DNA of 64,000 nt from Yuukianura sp. NJ FZ-2021 (Eukaryota): NCBI GenBank assembly GCA_046563655.1, contig CM102286.1:2728001-2792000 (forward strand), in the 5' to 3' direction. Positions 61,901 to 64,000 of the stretch are shown here, in pieces; position 1 is the first letter of the stretch, and each line of letters opens with the position of its first letter. Below the pieces are notes generated by a model, which was not told the DNA's origin, did no database searches, and worked only from the letters and a program-made list of their open reading frames with translations. Made by a program: the position numbers and the translations under genes.

Positions 61901-64000
61901 TATCTGAGTATGACGCAAATATTTTTTGTCCAAAAGTGAAAATGTGCAGGGGGGAGCCTTTTCATTCTATTTGAAGTCGTTGTTCCTAATATTCAATCAT
62001 AAAATTTCTCCATTGAATTTTATGTTCCTACCATGTAGTATGTAAATTTCAATCATATTCTTTCCTTTCTCTTTACTTTCTCCATGTCTCATGTCTTTCA
62101 CAAAAAAAAGTCGTGTGCGTGTAACCCAGCCTAAACCTACGGATAAGTTCTTAGCAAAAAAAAGTTATTGTGAAACCTTGGAAGAAAGTAGTTTGTTGAA
62201 GACTAAGGAAAAAGAAGGAGGCCACATTTGCATTGACTAGATCACCCTTTGGCTTCACCTTCTTCCAGTAATGCCCAACTGTAGGAGCATTGTCATCTAA
62301 CACCTTGCCCTGTGGTAAAGACAAAATGGAAAAGAGAATGAGTTGAACCATAGCGGCATTTCCATAAGTAACATAAAACATTTCTCCTGCTTTTCTCAAA
62401 ATTTCCCAAGTTTCCTTAGCTTTTCCCCAAAATTTCCTCAGTTTTTCTCAGTTTCCCCCCAAAATCTACTCTCAGTTTTCTGCTGCAGACTTTCTCCAGC
62501 ATAAAAATACGACGCGCTGTTGATTCCGTTGCAGCCTTTTGTTTTCAGCAGGCTTTCTCCCAGTAAATAACACGCTCCACTCCAACTTGTTTTTTTTTTC
62601 CCCTTTTGAAATTTCCAATTTGCTTCTTCAACCTAACGTAAATTTTAAACTAAAAAATTAAACTATCCTGGACCTGGTTACAAACTGGCCGAAAGTTGGC
62701 CAGTTTTTGGCTCTGAGCTTATTGACAGAAATGTTGAGCCCAATACAGAATATTATATGAAAAAAAAAAACTACCAATGTGCGGGCGTGACACCTCTAGT
62801 GCGTTACAAGTTCTGCGAAAATGTTACCTAGCATCTTCCAGAAGATTGGGTTTTTGTGTCCTGGCGGGAAAACCGAGAGAATAAAGCAATTTGAAATACA
62901 TAAGGGTCAGGGACTAGGTTAGGGTAGGCCTAAAACCTAACCATTGGAATGGGATTGGAACTCTAAAGTCAATTCCTAACCCTGCCGAGGGAGTCACACA
63001 ATGGAACGGGAGAAAGTGGAAGTGGAGCGTTTGGAAGGCGAAGAGTCATCAGTATTCTGTAGTACACTTTCCATTTGAAACTTATTTAAAATCAAGGGGC
63101 TTCGTTTCGCGGGCTTTTCTTCTTCCTTTCGCGTTTGTGTGAAGAAGAAAGTGCGTTTCTAAAGCTGACAAATTATTTGTTTCGTCTCATTGACTTCAAA
63201 AAGTCAAAGAAGAAAGTCCCCTCCATTTCTTTCCGCCTTTGAAAATGGTTCTCCAATTAGACTCCGCTGCTTCTCGGTAAAATTAGGGTTTGAAAATGGG
63301 CGGGAGAGCACACGCGAAATGAAAATTTTAAATTGACTTTTTGGCCCGCCAAAAACAGTCGACAGTATTTCACACACTGTGCTGTGTGTCAACCCTCGTC
63401 TTGTTTCATTAACGAAATTCAATAAGTGGAAAATCACTTAAAACAGTCACACTTAAAAATTTGGAAAGTGTAGTTAGCGGGAAAATTGAATTTTTTGAAA
63501 ATACGCGTGGTGGTTTCTTGAACAAAGGGGTTCCATGTTTCTTTTTTAAATTAAAAATGTCTTTTGGGTAGAATACAAAATGGTCTCACGTTTTCACTAA
63601 TTTCAAACGCTTTTAGAATGTTCCTCTTTGAGGATAATGGAACTTCAATTTCATTTGAAATTTTTCTTTTTTGAAAAAGAAAGATTCGAAAGAGTGAGAG
63701 ACTCTCCTTATGGCTTTTCCCTTGGAAATTAAATAAGAAATATGAACATCTTTTTTGAACATGGTTTCTACTTAAAAAGAAAAGGAAACTTTGCATTTCC
63801 AAAAAGTAAGTTCAAAAAGAACCGCGGCGGCAGCAGGGGAGTGCTGAAGCAGCTTTCTCCACTTTCTCTTGATGAGAATTTTATATTCCCATAAATTAGG
63901 CCCATCTTAAAGAAAAATTGAGCAGAAAGAGAAGCTAATGATTCCCCTTTTTCTTTTTTGAATTTTCAGGTTTCTAGAACAAACTTTTGTTCAAACAGGA

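Noticed and set aside
1..64000. CRISPR arrays, rRNA/tRNA genes, autonomous transposases, prokaryotic operons
   Set aside because: No repeat-spacer arrays, RNA gene signatures or transposase/RT ORFs were seen by eye; the DNA is intron-containing eukaryotic sequence.

Overview
AT-rich eukaryotic DNA with short GT-AG introns, most likely arthropod; the gene content suggests a springtail-like hexapod, which is inference only. 1-15.2 kb holds the first two coding exons and large introns of a minus-strand class C GPCR of the mangetout/mXR type, with an unusually long N-terminal extension. Its second intron contains a decayed M28 (bacterial/fungal-type) leucyl aminopeptidase and MITEs. 20.7-41.7 kb is a dense island of small, divergent genes: an intronless basigin-like gene, an atypical Kazal protein, a divergent INCENP-like protein, a MAM-like surface protein, an intact 8-exon 444-aa 'head-only' SMC6-like gene lacking hinge and coiled-coil arms, an Arg-rich prepro-peptide with a thanatin-like disulfide loop (visible only after splicing), an acidic defensin-like peptide, a RERG/RASL11-like GTPase, and an A-B-A'-B' tandem array of cysteine-rich surface proteins in which one copy has lost its anchor through a single nonsense codon. 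42-64 kb is essentially non-coding, with hAT-type MITEs and a (GGA)8 tract. All gene models were spliced by hand and all family calls come from remembered motifs; no database searches were run.
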